From the IMG/VR virus record IMGVR_UViG_3300032050_000032: a DNA stretch of 64,000 nucleotides. One strand, given 5' to 3'. Shown here in pieces: positions 1-10,468 of the stretch (the first letter of the stretch is position 1; each line of letters opens with the position of its first letter). The position numbers and the translations under genes were made by a program. The notes under the pieces are model-generated. The model made no database searches. It worked only from the letters and a program-made list of their open reading frames with translations, and had not been told where the DNA came from. The DNA is from an uncultured virus (IMG/VR IMGVR_UViG_3300032050_000032). Its lineage: Duplodnaviria; Heunggongvirae; Uroviricota; Caudoviricetes.

Positions 1-570
1 AACTTCACATCCTGCAATTGCATTTTTTTCATTTCTACATATTTGAATTATGTGATATTGTGGTGAAAAATAATTAACTAAATGTTGAGCAACATCATAC
101 GGAATATCTCTAGTCCAAGAATATGGATAAGGTTGATCATTTAAGGGTCCTCCGTTTGTTTGGATTACCATCACAGGTTTATCTCTTTTCCATTTGTTAA
201 TACCTGTTTGTTTTTGCCTAAGATTAAATACTAATTCAGGTTTCTCTCCTAAATAATTCAAATTAAACAGTTTACACCAATTCTCAATTAGAGGTAATTT
301 TTTATGTATGTGTTCATCAGTGAAATAAGGTTCATGTTTAAATATTTTTGAATCTTTATCATTAATGAAGTCATCGTAGAAATATGGTGTGTTACCAATT
401 CTATACACTCTATCAATAAATTCTAAATTTAAAAATATTTCAGGGTAAGCACATACCACAATCAACTCTCTTTCAGGGAAATTATTCTTAATACATTTTG
501 CAACCGCAGTTGCACATATATGTTTTCCTAACCCACCTTCTATATGAAATATTGAATATTTTTTTTCCAT
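1..570 (-). CDS. GT9-like (ADP-heptose transferase-related) glycosyltransferase, truncated by window edge; paralog of 8434..9312
   Basis: Not in the ORF track; translated by hand from ATG at 570: MEKKYSIFHIEGGLGKHICATAVAK...AYPEIFLNL...FKHEPY...VIQTNGG...SWTRDIPY, colinear with the 8434..9312 protein. Confidence 0.75.
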   Translation of the reverse strand, partial: MEKKYSIFHIEGGLGKHICATAVAKCIKNNFPERELIVVCAYPEIFLNLEFIDRVYRIGNTPYFYDDFINDKDSKIFKHEPYFTDEHIHKKLPLIENWCKLFNLNYLGEKPELVFNLRQKQTGINKWKRDKPVMVIQTNGGPLNDQPYPYSWTRDIPYDVAQHLVNYFSPQYHIIQICRNEKNAIAGCEV

Positions 571-587
571 AAATTTATAATAATATT

Positions 588-1496
588 TTATTTATTGTTT
601 GTAAACATAATTGCCTTGTTTATTTGTTCTATAACCATTTTTGGTGTTATTTTTTTATGACATTCGTTTTCTCTTTCTGTATTTAAAAATATCGGACATT
701 TAGTGCTAATATTTGGAAATAAATTAAAACACCCATTACAAACGTTTTTATTAATAACTCTAAAACAATCAAATTCATTGTGTTCTTTTGTAAAACCTGA
801 AATCATAACAACTGGAACATCATACGCCCATGCCAACCAAGATAATCCCGAAGATAGCCCAATAAACAATCTTGATTCTAATATGTGATTTAACGAGACG
901 TTGATATCATCAAATCCGTGATATCCTTTAACATTATTTAATTTTAATGTATCTTCGTAAGAGACATTAAAAACCTCAAAACCAGAATTAACCAAAGAAT
1001 CAACAACTAACTGCCAACCATCTCTATCCCATTGAGCAATTGATTTTAATGATTCGGGAGCAATAGTTATTTTATTTGATTTAACGTTTTTAAATTTTGG
1101 TATTAATGTTGGTTTTTTTGGTTCGGTTGATTGTGGTATCATCATTGTATCTTTGGTTGCATACAACATACCACCCAAAGTATGTGACATATTATTTTTA
1201 TCATAACCAACATCAATTAATTTATCTATTGTTAATTTTTTTTGTTGATTGGCGTTAATAATTTCACATTTTTCATTATTTGATATTAATAAATGAGGAA
1301 AAAATGTGGATACAATAACTTTTTTTGGGTTGTGGTAATCTATAAATGAATCAATAAATGACGCAAAACAAATAGTATCCCCCAAACAAAAAGAATCTAA
1401 ATGTAATAATATTACTTTATTCTCTAATGTTGTTGTATCCTTATCTAACTCAACGTAGTTTAATAACTCACTTTTATCGTAATGTCTTTTAATCAT
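588..1496 (-). CDS. Aah/TibC-like (autotransporter O-heptosyltransferase, BAHT/GT9-related) glycosyltransferase
   Basis: LGDTI motif, FIGLSSGLSWLAWA..VPVVMISGFT, C-terminal VCNGC..CP..EC.K.I.P..V Cys cluster resembling the iron-finger of Aah/TibC. Confidence 0.75.
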   Translation of the reverse strand: MIKRHYDKSELLNYVELDKDTTTLENKVILLHLDSFCLGDTICFASFIDSFIDYHNPKKVIVSTFFPHLLISNNEKCEIINANQQKKLTIDKLIDVGYDKNNMSHTLGGMLYATKDTMMIPQSTEPKKPTLIPKFKNVKSNKITIAPESLKSIAQWDRDGWQLVVDSLVNSGFEVFNVSYEDTLKLNNVKGYHGFDDINVSLNHILESRLFIGLSSGLSWLAWAYDVPVVMISGFTKEHNEFDCFRVINKNVCNGCFNLFPNISTKCPIFLNTERENECHKKITPKMVIEQINKAIMFTNNK

Positions 1497-2232
1497 TTTT
1501 TAGTTTAAGTATTTTTGAATAATAATCAAACCAATATCTTTCAGTCCATAAAGTCCCTTCTTCTAAAGACACTAATTCTTTTTGTTGCCAAGGTTTTTTA
1601 ACTATGTAGTGTAATATTTTGATGTACTTAGGTAACCCTGTGTTTTGGAATACTTTTTTATTGTATGTTTTTAAAAAATTATATTCAATTGGGAAATCTT
1701 TAATAACGTCTTCAAAGTAATGATTTATAATATCCTGATCGGAATGTTCAGTTATTCCATAAACTTTTGTTAAATTGATTAAATCATTTGTGATTTTAGG
1801 GTTTAAATATTTCTTTGAAATGACTATTACTCCGGTATTGTATTGGTCAATATACAATTCTCTAACAGCACCAAAATTATAATCAGAGTCAATTAATCTA
1901 TCAATGTTCCCTAATATTAAAGTATCGGAATCAAGAAATATGATTTTATCAACATCCTCAATAGAAAATATTTCATATTTGGCGTAATCACCAAACGACA
2001 TCTGTTGTTTTTTTAACTCATCAATTTCATAATATTTTGATGAATCATAGGTTTTTAATGAAATATTATTATGAATTTTTCTCGCAACTATTAAATCATC
2101 TGATGTTAAATCATTACTAATAATTGTGAATGGGATATCTTCCTCAATAACTCTTGGGTTATTCTCCACAAGAGATTTTAACATTACCTCAAAACCAATA
2201 AGATATTCTTTATTACATACAGTTACAAACAT
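1489..2232 (-). CDS. Glycosyltransferase family 8
   Basis: IIFLDSDTL (DxD), YNTGV, SDQDIIN, YN, ILHY..KKPW motifs. Confidence 0.85.
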   Translation of the reverse strand: MFVTVCNKEYLIGFEVMLKSLVENNPRVIEEDIPFTIISNDLTSDDLIVARKIHNNISLKTYDSSKYYEIDELKKQQMSFGDYAKYEIFSIEDVDKIIFLDSDTLILGNIDRLIDSDYNFGAVRELYIDQYNTGVIVISKKYLNPKITNDLINLTKVYGITEHSDQDIINHYFEDVIKDFPIEYNFLKTYNKKVFQNTGLPKYIKILHYIVKKPWQQKELVSLEEGTLWTERYWFDYYSKILKLKND

Positions 2233-2284
2233 ATTACAATTTTAATAATATGTTTGTAAAAGTATATGTATTTTTTTTAAAATA

Positions 2285-2476
2285 TTAACTCAACAATAAA
2301 TCATGCAATTCTTGTTCAGTCCATGTTTCTTTACGTTCAACCTCCTTTAAAATAGGACCATTTTCAGTTCTAAATCTAATACCTTTTGGTGTTTGTCTAA
2401 TTGCAATTACTTTATGTTCACCAATAGTAACTGGTGTCTCATATTTAAACAATAATTTAATTTCTCTGTTTTCCAT
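2285..2476 (-). CDS. Hypothetical protein
   Basis: 63 aa ORF, ATG with A-rich leader, co-oriented and fills the gap. Confidence 0.6.
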   Translation of the reverse strand: MENREIKLLFKYETPVTIGEHKVIAIRQTPKGIRFRTENGPILKEVERKETWTEQELHDLLLS

Positions 2477-2533
2477 TTTTATTTGTTTTTTATTTATTTA
2501 TTCCTCTTAAGAAATGTTTTTTGATATTATTTT

Positions 2534-5434
2534 TTATACTATTTTTAATACACACGAATCACTATATACAGTACCTGGTGCAAGTCCTGCTGACGATGTA
2601 GGTATGTTACTGAAATGTAGACAATTTACGTGTGTTGTGTTTGCGGCAGTACTACATATACCACTACCAACAATAAATGAACAATCGTGTTGTGACGTAT
2701 TACATATTCCTCCAAGTATTGCCGAACAACCATTTATTAATGTGTTATTTATACCACCACCAATTGTTGAATAATAACCACTTGATGTGTTAGTTCTACC
2801 CCCACTTACAGTTGAATAATTATACCTTGTTACATTACCACGACCTCCACCAATTGTTTGTCCGTTGTATTCTGAAGATACCGTTGTATTAAAAGTACCA
2901 CCAGCTATTGTATTACCATACATTTCATAGTATCCACTGTAGGATGATATTATATTAAAGGAACCTCCACCAATTGTTGAGCTATACACACCACAATAAG
3001 AGGATAATGTCCCAACTGTATTACAAGTTCCCCCACCTATTGTTGCACCATATACATCATAATATGCCGATAATGTTCCGATTGTATTACAAGATCCTCC
3101 TCCTATTGTTGATGCGTATATAGTACCACTATCGGATGATGCTGGATTAATTTTATTATTAAAACCACCACCAATGGTTGAACAATAATCGCTTGACGTG
3201 TTATTTCTACCACCACCAACGGTTGAGTAATAACAACTTGATGTGTTAACATTACCACCTCCAATTGTTGAATAACTACCACTTGATGTGTTTCTTTTAC
3301 CACCACTTACTGTTGAACTACTACCAATTGATGTATTACAATAACCTCCACTTACGGTAGAATTATTACCACTTGATGTCACATTAATTTTAATTGTCAC
3401 ATCATCAGTACCACTTGATCCACCAAATAAAGTACCGTCAAATAATAACGTATCTCCTTGAACATAACTTTGACCAATTGTGTTAACATAAACGTTAGAC
3501 AATGTTCCCGTATTAAAATTAAATGAGAATGTTCCTCCATTACCAAACCCTGAAGATGTTGAGGTTGGTGAATATGACCCATAATAACCACTAAATGTTC
3601 CTCCATTATATGTTTGATCATAAATTCCTGATATAGTTCCGCTAATTCCGGATACGTTGTTACGACCCCCACTAACAGTTGAATAACAAGAACTTACTGT
3701 GTTACTTCTACCACCACCTATTGTTGAATTACAACAACTTGATGTATTTCTATAACCTCCACTTACGGTAGAATAATTACAACTTGATGTGTTGTTACAA
3801 CCACCACCAATAAATGAACCACCACAACTTGATGTATTGTTAATCCCACCACTTACAGTTGAATAATAACCACTTGATGTGTTTCTAACCCCTCCACCAA
3901 CTGTTGCATAATCACTTGATGTTATATTATTAAACCCTCCTGATATAGTTTGCCCTCCATAATATGAAGAAACTGTTGTGTTACAATATCCACCACTAAT
4001 TGTACTACCACCATTATAATACTGAGCACTATAAGATGACATTGTATTACAAGATCCACCACCTATAGTTTGACCAATAATAGGATCATTATAATAAGAA
4101 GATAAAGTTCCAATTGTATTATTATTACCACCACCGATTGTTGATGTATAACTTGAGTTTGTATTAAATGCTCCACCACCGATTGTTGTAAACGAATCTA
4201 AGTTAACATTGATTGCTCCACCACCAATTGTACTATAATCAAAAAATGTTCTATTTAAAACCCCACCATTAACCGTGTTGAAACCATAAAAAGGTGAAAT
4301 CAATTGATTTACATAACCACCACCAATTACTGATCCACCAACATCGGCATCATTTAACGTATTAGAATCAATTGTATTACGATTACCCCCACCAATTAAA
4401 TTCCCAACTACCGAATAATAGTTAGAATTTGTTGTAAAATTATTTATTGTGTTATTACATCCACCACCGATTGTTGAATATTGACTATCACTAATATTTC
4501 CACTTCCTCCAGCAACAATTGAGCAGTTACCATTTGCAAAATTTCCATTGTCTACTCTTACAGTTGAGTCGGTTCCAGTTCCTGCCGAATATAATATATC
4601 ACCAACGTTTAATGCGATTTTTAATTCATCAACAGAAACTTTATTTAAACTTACATTTTGTGTTATTTGTAATTTATTAAAATATAAATTTCTTTGTCCT
4701 GATCCATCACTTTGTGCTCCACAATAAAAACTTAATTCATTAATTGCTAATGAAGAATTTATTGGTGCTGAATATGTTGGACCACCACTTCTTGATGTTA
4801 TTGTTATTGTATATTGTGTTGACGAGTCTCTTGTTAATGTTACAAGCATTGGTGTTGTCCCATAACCACCATCAACAACATTATATGGTGCTGATAAATT
4901 TGAGGTAATTGTTGATGTATTATTATTATTTGCATTAAATATTGTTACACCACCAGCTTTTAAATCAAAACCTTTATTTCCACCATTTGCATCAAAATTA
5001 ATTGCCCAATAAAAAGAAAACACTTCACCGACACTTAAAGGTGTTGTAAATGTTCTTGATGTTGATACATAGTTTGATCCGTCAGTTGCAAATAAAGCGA
5101 ATGCGTTTGTCCCAATACCAGTTGTTCCCATTCCATCTGAAGCCGGATTTCCTAAAAAAACACCTGTATTTGGTTGTGTTGATATAACCCAAGGATTAAA
5201 ACCAGTTCCTTGGTTTGATCCATTTGTCCAACTTATATAATTTGATGATTCATCATCAAATGTGTCAATAGCTGTAATACCTAAGTAATCACTTGACGTG
5301 TTTATATTTACACCAAGAATCGCTGATGCTGTTAAAATATCGTTTAATGACACATCAGTTAGACCCGATCCATCACCATAAAAAGTTCCACCACTTATTG
5401 TTGTTCCCGATATACTATCACTTATAAATCCCAT
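2534..5434 (-). CDS. Fibre/adhesin-like beta-solenoid protein with 15-aa (S/T)-T-(V/I)-(S/G)-G-G-x-x-N repeats
   Basis: 966 aa; N-terminal TFYGDGSGLT fibre motif, dozens of STVSGG/STIGGG repeats, C-terminal IPTSSAGL..G.VY tip motif. Confidence 0.75.
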   Translation of the reverse strand: MGFISDSISGTTISGGTFYGDGSGLTDVSLNDILTASAILGVNINTSSDYLGITAIDTFDDESSNYISWTNGSNQGTGFNPWVISTQPNTGVFLGNPASDGMGTTGIGTNAFALFATDGSNYVSTSRTFTTPLSVGEVFSFYWAINFDANGGNKGFDLKAGGVTIFNANNNNTSTITSNLSAPYNVVDGGYGTTPMLVTLTRDSSTQYTITITSRSGGPTYSAPINSSLAINELSFYCGAQSDGSGQRNLYFNKLQITQNVSLNKVSVDELKIALNVGDILYSAGTGTDSTVRVDNGNFANGNCSIVAGGSGNISDSQYSTIGGGCNNTINNFTTNSNYYSVVGNLIGGGNRNTIDSNTLNDADVGGSVIGGGYVNQLISPFYGFNTVNGGVLNRTFFDYSTIGGGAINVNLDSFTTIGGGAFNTNSSYTSTIGGGNNNTIGTLSSYYNDPIIGQTIGGGSCNTMSSYSAQYYNGGSTISGGYCNTTVSSYYGGQTISGGFNNITSSDYATVGGGVRNTSSGYYSTVSGGINNTSSCGGSFIGGGCNNTSSCNYSTVSGGYRNTSSCCNSTIGGGRSNTVSSCYSTVSGGRNNVSGISGTISGIYDQTYNGGTFSGYYGSYSPTSTSSGFGNGGTFSFNFNTGTLSNVYVNTIGQSYVQGDTLLFDGTLFGGSSGTDDVTIKINVTSSGNNSTVSGGYCNTSIGSSSTVSGGKRNTSSGSYSTIGGGNVNTSSCYYSTVGGGRNNTSSDYCSTIGGGFNNKINPASSDSGTIYASTIGGGSCNTIGTLSAYYDVYGATIGGGTCNTVGTLSSYCGVYSSTIGGGSFNIISSYSGYYEMYGNTIAGGTFNTTVSSEYNGQTIGGGRGNVTRYNYSTVSGGRTNTSSGYYSTIGGGINNTLINGCSAILGGICNTSQHDCSFIVGSGICSTAANTTHVNCLHFSNIPTSSAGLAPGTVYSDSCVLKIV

Positions 5435-5960
5435 ATTTTATTTTTTTTTTAATTTTTTATACAAATGTTCCTGATGTTACCCAAGAACCACCAACTCTTT
5501 TTTCTATTATAAATGTTGTACCAGATATTCTCATTCTCCAAGATCCGTCTGTGTTCACATCTCCAAAATAAATATATCCGGATGACTGAATATTGGCATT
5601 TGCCATATAAACCATATCATCATCTGTTGCAATAATGTTTTGTCCACCAACAACCGCACTTCTTATACCAATTGTCGTGTTAGAATTACCACCAAGAATC
5701 ATAGAGTAATTACTACTTGATGTGTTACTTCTACCACCACCAATAAATGAATAATCACCACTTGATGTGTTGTTACACCCACCGCCAACTGTTGAGAATT
5801 TAGACATTGTTATATTCCTATATCCCCCACTAATGGTTTGTCCGTTGTATTCTGAAGATACCGTTGTATTACAAGTACCACCAGCAATTGTATTACCATA
5901 CATATCATAGTACCCACTATATGATGAAATTGTATTACAAGAACCTCCACCAATTGTTGA
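2856..5960. repeat. 125-bp direct repeat shared by two fibre genes (2856..2980 and 5836..5960)
   Basis: Hand alignment gives 10 mismatches in 125 bp, no gaps. Confidence 0.85.
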
Positions 5961-8336
5961 TGCGTATTGAGTATAATTACTTGATGTTATTGATTCTATT
6001 ACATTGTAATTACCACCCCCAACGGTTGAATAACGACCACTAACTGTATTGTTTTCACCACCTGATATTGTTGGTGCTTCACCCGATAATATTGTATTGT
6101 CGTCACCTCCACCGATTGTTGCGTAATCAGAATATGTTGATATTGTATTGTTTGCTCCACCACCTATAGATCCGTAATTTCCGCTGACAGTGTTCTCATA
6201 ACCTCCACTTATGGTTGAACAATCACTTAATGTTGTATTTTCTCTACCACCACCAATAAATGAATGATTTGATGATTTAACATTTGATATATCAAATGTT
6301 AAATCGTTTGCCGATGAACCACCAATACTAGTCCCAAGAACTAAAACTTGATTCCCACTTTCATATCTTATACCAGGATTTAATATACTAATATTACTTA
6401 CTACACCACTATTTACATCAAAACTTATTTGAAGTCCGTCACCATAACCACTAATATTTGTAGGATTAACGGTGTATGTGTTATTAGGTATTGAGGAAGC
6501 ATCACCCGCATTAAAATTCACACCATCAACAAAACCTGAAAGAATTTGGTTATTACAACCCCCAACGATTGATGAGTATTCCCCTAAAGTTTTATTATTA
6601 CAACCACCACCATTAAATGTATAATAGTTTCCAGATGTATTAAGGTATCCACCACTTATTGTTGATACCCCACAAGCACTTCCACTAACTAATGTTGTAT
6701 TTCTATATCCACCACCAATTGTATCGTATTCGTTATCAACTGTATTACTTCTACCACCACTTACTGTTGATGAATTTTTTCTTGATTCATTACAACAACC
6801 ACCAGCAATTACCGTGTATTGTGATGATGCGGTATTACAATAACCACCACTTATTGTTGATACATATCCTGATGCGGTATTACGATAACCACCACTTATG
6901 GTTGAATACTCACCAATAGATCTGTTTCCACAACCACCAATAATTGATGCGTAAGAATTTGTAAATGTACCAGTAATCTCATAAATAATATCATTTAATG
7001 GTGATGTTCCACCATTAAATAAATTTCCTGGAACAATAACTTGATCGGAAGTGTTATATAAGTTACCATTATTTTCAACTTGGGTATTTGTAGTAACACC
7101 AGAATTATCAAAAGTAATTAATAAACTTAAACCAATTCCTGAACTTATAACATTATTTGTATAAACACTATATGTTCCTTGAGAAACTCCAGTACCTGTG
7201 TAAGAACCCAAAATATTTACAGAATTAACTCCTCCTGATATACCTGCGGTATTTCTTCTACCACCAGCGATTGTTGATCTACTATATGCTCGGTTTCCAC
7301 AACCACCACCAACAAAGGCACAATCACCAAAAGAACAATTGTTTCTACCCGCAACAACCGTTGAGAAGTATCCACTAGAAGTATTATTACATCCCCCACC
7401 AATAAAGTTATTTTTAACAGAATCATAACCATCGTAAGTTCTATTATTTTCACCACCGACAATTACAGAACAACCGTAGTATGCTGAAATTGTATTAAAT
7501 TCCCCACTACCAATAAAACTATTAGACGGAGCATTAACTGTTCCAATTTGGAATGTAACATTATCTGTTCCTATTGTTCCGCCAAAGACATTTCCAAGTA
7601 CTGTTACAGTATCATTATTAATGTAATTCTTACCGTTATTATTAACATAAACATTACTTAATGTTCCTGGTGGGTTAAAATAAAATGAGAATGTTGCACC
7701 AGTTCCTAAACCTGATAATGTTGATGATGGTGAATAACTTCCATAATAACCACTAAATGTACTCCCACTATATATCCCGTTATACGTTGAATTCACAATT
7801 CCTGTTGGTCCAGTTATTAGGTTATTTGAACCCCCGACAATACTTGAGCAGTCACCAAAAGTTGTATTATTAAATCCTCCACTTACTACAGAATAATCCC
7901 CAATTGCCGAACCACTAACACCCACTAATTGGACGGAACTACTTCCTGAACCTACTTCATATACAGATGTAATACCTGTAACATTAAATGTTCCTCCCGT
8001 ATTATTTGTAAAAGTTATAGTATTTGCGGAATATGTACCACCTGTTATGTATATTTCAGTTGATCCTGTTGTAAAACCTGTAACGGTTAAAGTTCCACCT
8101 GTTAAATCGGTAAGTGTTAAAGTTCCTGTATTATCGTTATAAACTCCTTGAGTGATTTTATCACCACTGTTATCAAATTTGATTACTGAACCATCAGGAT
8201 TAAATTGTTCTAAAACATCTCCGTTATCGTTAATACCTAAAACGTAAACATTTGATTCTCCACTTAATGCGGTAAAATCGGTTACGTTGATTATTTGTGT
8301 CTCAACACCATTACTTTTAAGAATTATTTTTCCCAT
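5457..8336 (-). CDS. Fibre/adhesin-like beta-solenoid protein, paralog of 2534..5434
   Basis: 959 aa; same GGxxN repeats interrupted by three ~65-aa inserted modules; C-terminal DGSWRMRISG..F.IEKR..GSWV. Confidence 0.75.
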   Translation of the reverse strand: MGKIILKSNGVETQIINVTDFTALSGESNVYVLGINDNGDVLEQFNPDGSVIKFDNSGDKITQGVYNDNTGTLTLTDLTGGTLTVTGFTTGSTEIYITGGTYSANTITFTNNTGGTFNVTGITSVYEVGSGSSSVQLVGVSGSAIGDYSVVSGGFNNTTFGDCSSIVGGSNNLITGPTGIVNSTYNGIYSGSTFSGYYGSYSPSSTLSGLGTGATFSFYFNPPGTLSNVYVNNNGKNYINNDTVTVLGNVFGGTIGTDNVTFQIGTVNAPSNSFIGSGEFNTISAYYGCSVIVGGENNRTYDGYDSVKNNFIGGGCNNTSSGYFSTVVAGRNNCSFGDCAFVGGGCGNRAYSRSTIAGGRRNTAGISGGVNSVNILGSYTGTGVSQGTYSVYTNNVISSGIGLSLLITFDNSGVTTNTQVENNGNLYNTSDQVIVPGNLFNGGTSPLNDIIYEITGTFTNSYASIIGGCGNRSIGEYSTISGGYRNTASGYVSTISGGYCNTASSQYTVIAGGCCNESRKNSSTVSGGRSNTVDNEYDTIGGGYRNTTLVSGSACGVSTISGGYLNTSGNYYTFNGGGCNNKTLGEYSSIVGGCNNQILSGFVDGVNFNAGDASSIPNNTYTVNPTNISGYGDGLQISFDVNSGVVSNISILNPGIRYESGNQVLVLGTSIGGSSANDLTFDISNVKSSNHSFIGGGRENTTLSDCSTISGGYENTVSGNYGSIGGGANNTISTYSDYATIGGGDDNTILSGEAPTISGGENNTVSGRYSTVGGGNYNVIESITSSNYTQYASTIGGGSCNTISSYSGYYDMYGNTIAGGTCNTTVSSEYNGQTISGGYRNITMSKFSTVGGGCNNTSSGDYSFIGGGRSNTSSSNYSMILGGNSNTTIGIRSAVVGGQNIIATDDDMVYMANANIQSSGYIYFGDVNTDGSWRMRISGTTFIIEKRVGGSWVTSGTFV

Positions 8337-8433
8337 TATTAGTTTTTACAATAAATATCTATCCAATAGAGAATTGTCTGATAGATACAGAAATTAATTT
8401 TAAAAAGTAAATAAAAAAATGATTTTTAACGGG

Positions 8434-9312
8434 TTATATCTTTTCCAAGATATTTGGTATGTCAAACATTTCTTCCAAACTATAATAAGGACATTCGTGA
8501 CTTATTCCGTCAAAAGAATAGTCAAAAAGATAACCATCAATTAATTTTGTGGTATCGGTTGGTTGATTAGCAATAATATTATTATGTAATGAATAACCAA
8601 AGTTTTTAGGTGACGTACCAATCCAAAACACAGTAGATGGTAAATTAAGTGCGGCGGATGCGTGTTGCAAACAAGAATCAATTAGAATTCTTTTATCACT
8701 TGCAATAAGTAATCCAAACAAATCCATTGATTGAATTTGATAATCAATAATTTCTGCGTTTGGTAATTTTATTGAATTTGGTTTACATACTTGTATGATG
8801 TGATGAGTCTCTTTATATTTTTCTGCAATTTGAGAAGTTATCATATAAGGCAAATCTCTTGTCCAAGAATAAGATTGATTACTCTGAAGATGTCCTCCAT
8901 TTGTTTGAATCACCAAAATAGGTTTACTTCTTTCCCATGAAAGTACATTCCTTTGTTGAACAAAATTAAAATTTAAAGTTGGTAATTGAAAATTATAATC
9001 TATTCCCATTATGTTACACCAATTTGAAATCAAATGTTTTTGTTTCAATATATGTTGTGTTTCATAATATGGTTCATGTTTAAAAACTATAGTATCTTTA
9101 TCTTTAATATAATCATCATAAAAATACTGAGTAGAACCTAATTTGTATACCCTATATACCGATGGTAAGTTTAAAAATATTTCGGGATAAGATGCAACTA
9201 CAACAATTTTTCTATCATTGTATTTTTCTTTTAATGAATTTAATAATGCCGTTGCCGCAATATTTTTACCTAAACCACCCTCAATGTGCCAAACCAAATA
9301 TTTTTCTTCCAT
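8434..9312 (-). CDS. GT9-like glycosyltransferase
   Basis: HIEGGLGKNIAATA N-terminal motif; LIDSCLQHASAAL.LPSTVFW..TSP..FGY matches the GT9 C-terminal DS..H.AAA pattern. Confidence 0.7.
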   Translation of the reverse strand: MEEKYLVWHIEGGLGKNIAATALLNSLKEKYNDRKIVVVASYPEIFLNLPSVYRVYKLGSTQYFYDDYIKDKDTIVFKHEPYYETQHILKQKHLISNWCNIMGIDYNFQLPTLNFNFVQQRNVLSWERSKPILVIQTNGGHLQSNQSYSWTRDLPYMITSQIAEKYKETHHIIQVCKPNSIKLPNAEIIDYQIQSMDLFGLLIASDKRILIDSCLQHASAALNLPSTVFWIGTSPKNFGYSLHNNIIANQPTDTTKLIDGYLFDYSFDGISHECPYYSLEEMFDIPNILEKI

Positions 9313-9335
9313 AAGAAAAAATATAATTTATAGTA

Positions 9336-9578
9336 TTACAAAATAAACAATTTACCATCTTCAATTGAAGAATCAATATCCGTTTTTTGTTGTTCAGTTA
9401 AATTTGTTAAAAACCAATCTTTTGATAACATTATTTCCAAATGTTCAAAATTTCTTTTTACAGTATTTTTGTTTTCATCAGTTTTTTCTGACGTTAACAT
9501 TTGATTTATTAAATTAACGGAGTCAAACGCGGCGTTGATACTGTTTTGGATTTGCTCTTGTGTTATATTTTCTTCCAT
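9336..9578 (-). CDS. Hypothetical protein
   Basis: 80 aa co-oriented ORF with A-rich leader. Confidence 0.65.
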   Translation of the reverse strand: MEENITQEQIQNSINAAFDSVNLINQMLTSEKTDENKNTVKRNFEHLEIMLSKDWFLTNLTEQQKTDIDSSIEDGKLFIL

Positions 9579-9605
9579 TTTATTATATTTTTAATTTTTT
9601 ATATA

Positions 9606-10427
9606 TTATAAATAGTTAAATGTCCTAAAAAACCAATCATAATGTTGTCTTAATCTATCACAATTTTCTTGACTTAATATATCAACGTAATCATCTTTAA
9701 CAGGTTTTACCTGAGATTTAATTTGGTGATCACCAAAAATCCCATGGATTATATCATTCTCAAATGTAAGTTGTTGTACATTATTAAAATCATGTTGGTA
9801 GTAAGGTAATTCTAAATAGTTGTAAATCTTTTTAAGTTCAGTATCAGGATTTGATGTTAAATCCTCAAATCGGATAAAAAGTATATCTTTATTTTGTTTT
9901 CTTTGGAATGTCTCCGATAACCATTCTAATGATGGTCCGATTGGGGGAGAAATTGAGTAATGATCTATCCTTGATGTTGTTGTCATATTTTTTAATTCAA
10001 CAGTATTAACAATGTTTGGATCTTTATCAGGATTTTTTCTATAATTTTTTTCCATTGATGAAAATATTGATCTCAAATCACGAACCATACAAATTATTTT
10101 AGGTTTTTCATCCATAAAAAATTCAACAAAATCTTGGTATCCAAGCCAACCTCTACTTTTTTCCATAACATAAGGTCTATTAGTAACACCATCATAAAAC
10201 CCAAAAAAACCTTTGTTACAAAAATTTTTAAATCCTGATTTCATAGTTTCAGAATCTTGAGCCTTAAACGCATCTCCATTAGAATATAATGTTCTTGCGG
10301 TTGATAATAATTCTATAACACCAGAAGTTGGTGTGGAATAAATATCAGGATTTTGCATTAGAATATTTTGCAGTAATGTTGATCCTGCTCTCGGTAGTGA
10401 TGCGTTAAAAAAAATTTTTTGTACCAT
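9606..10427 (-). CDS. PAPS-dependent sulfotransferase
   Basis: 5'-PSB loop SLPRAGSTLL, 3'-PB motif MVRDLRSIFSS, IRFEDL..NP. Confidence 0.85.
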   Translation of the reverse strand: MVQKIFFNASLPRAGSTLLQNILMQNPDIYSTPTSGVIELLSTARTLYSNGDAFKAQDSETMKSGFKNFCNKGFFGFYDGVTNRPYVMEKSRGWLGYQDFVEFFMDEKPKIICMVRDLRSIFSSMEKNYRKNPDKDPNIVNTVELKNMTTTSRIDHYSISPPIGPSLEWLSETFQRKQNKDILFIRFEDLTSNPDTELKKIYNYLELPYYQHDFNNVQQLTFENDIIHGIFGDHQIKSQVKPVKDDYVDILSQENCDRLRQHYDWFFRTFNYL

Positions 10428-10468
10428 GTTATATTATTAATTTAACTAAAACATAAACATAAAATATT

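Noticed and set aside
2856..5960. DGR template/variable repeat pair
   Set aside because: Mismatches are not adenine-specific on either strand, both copies are coding, and no reverse transcriptase is in the window
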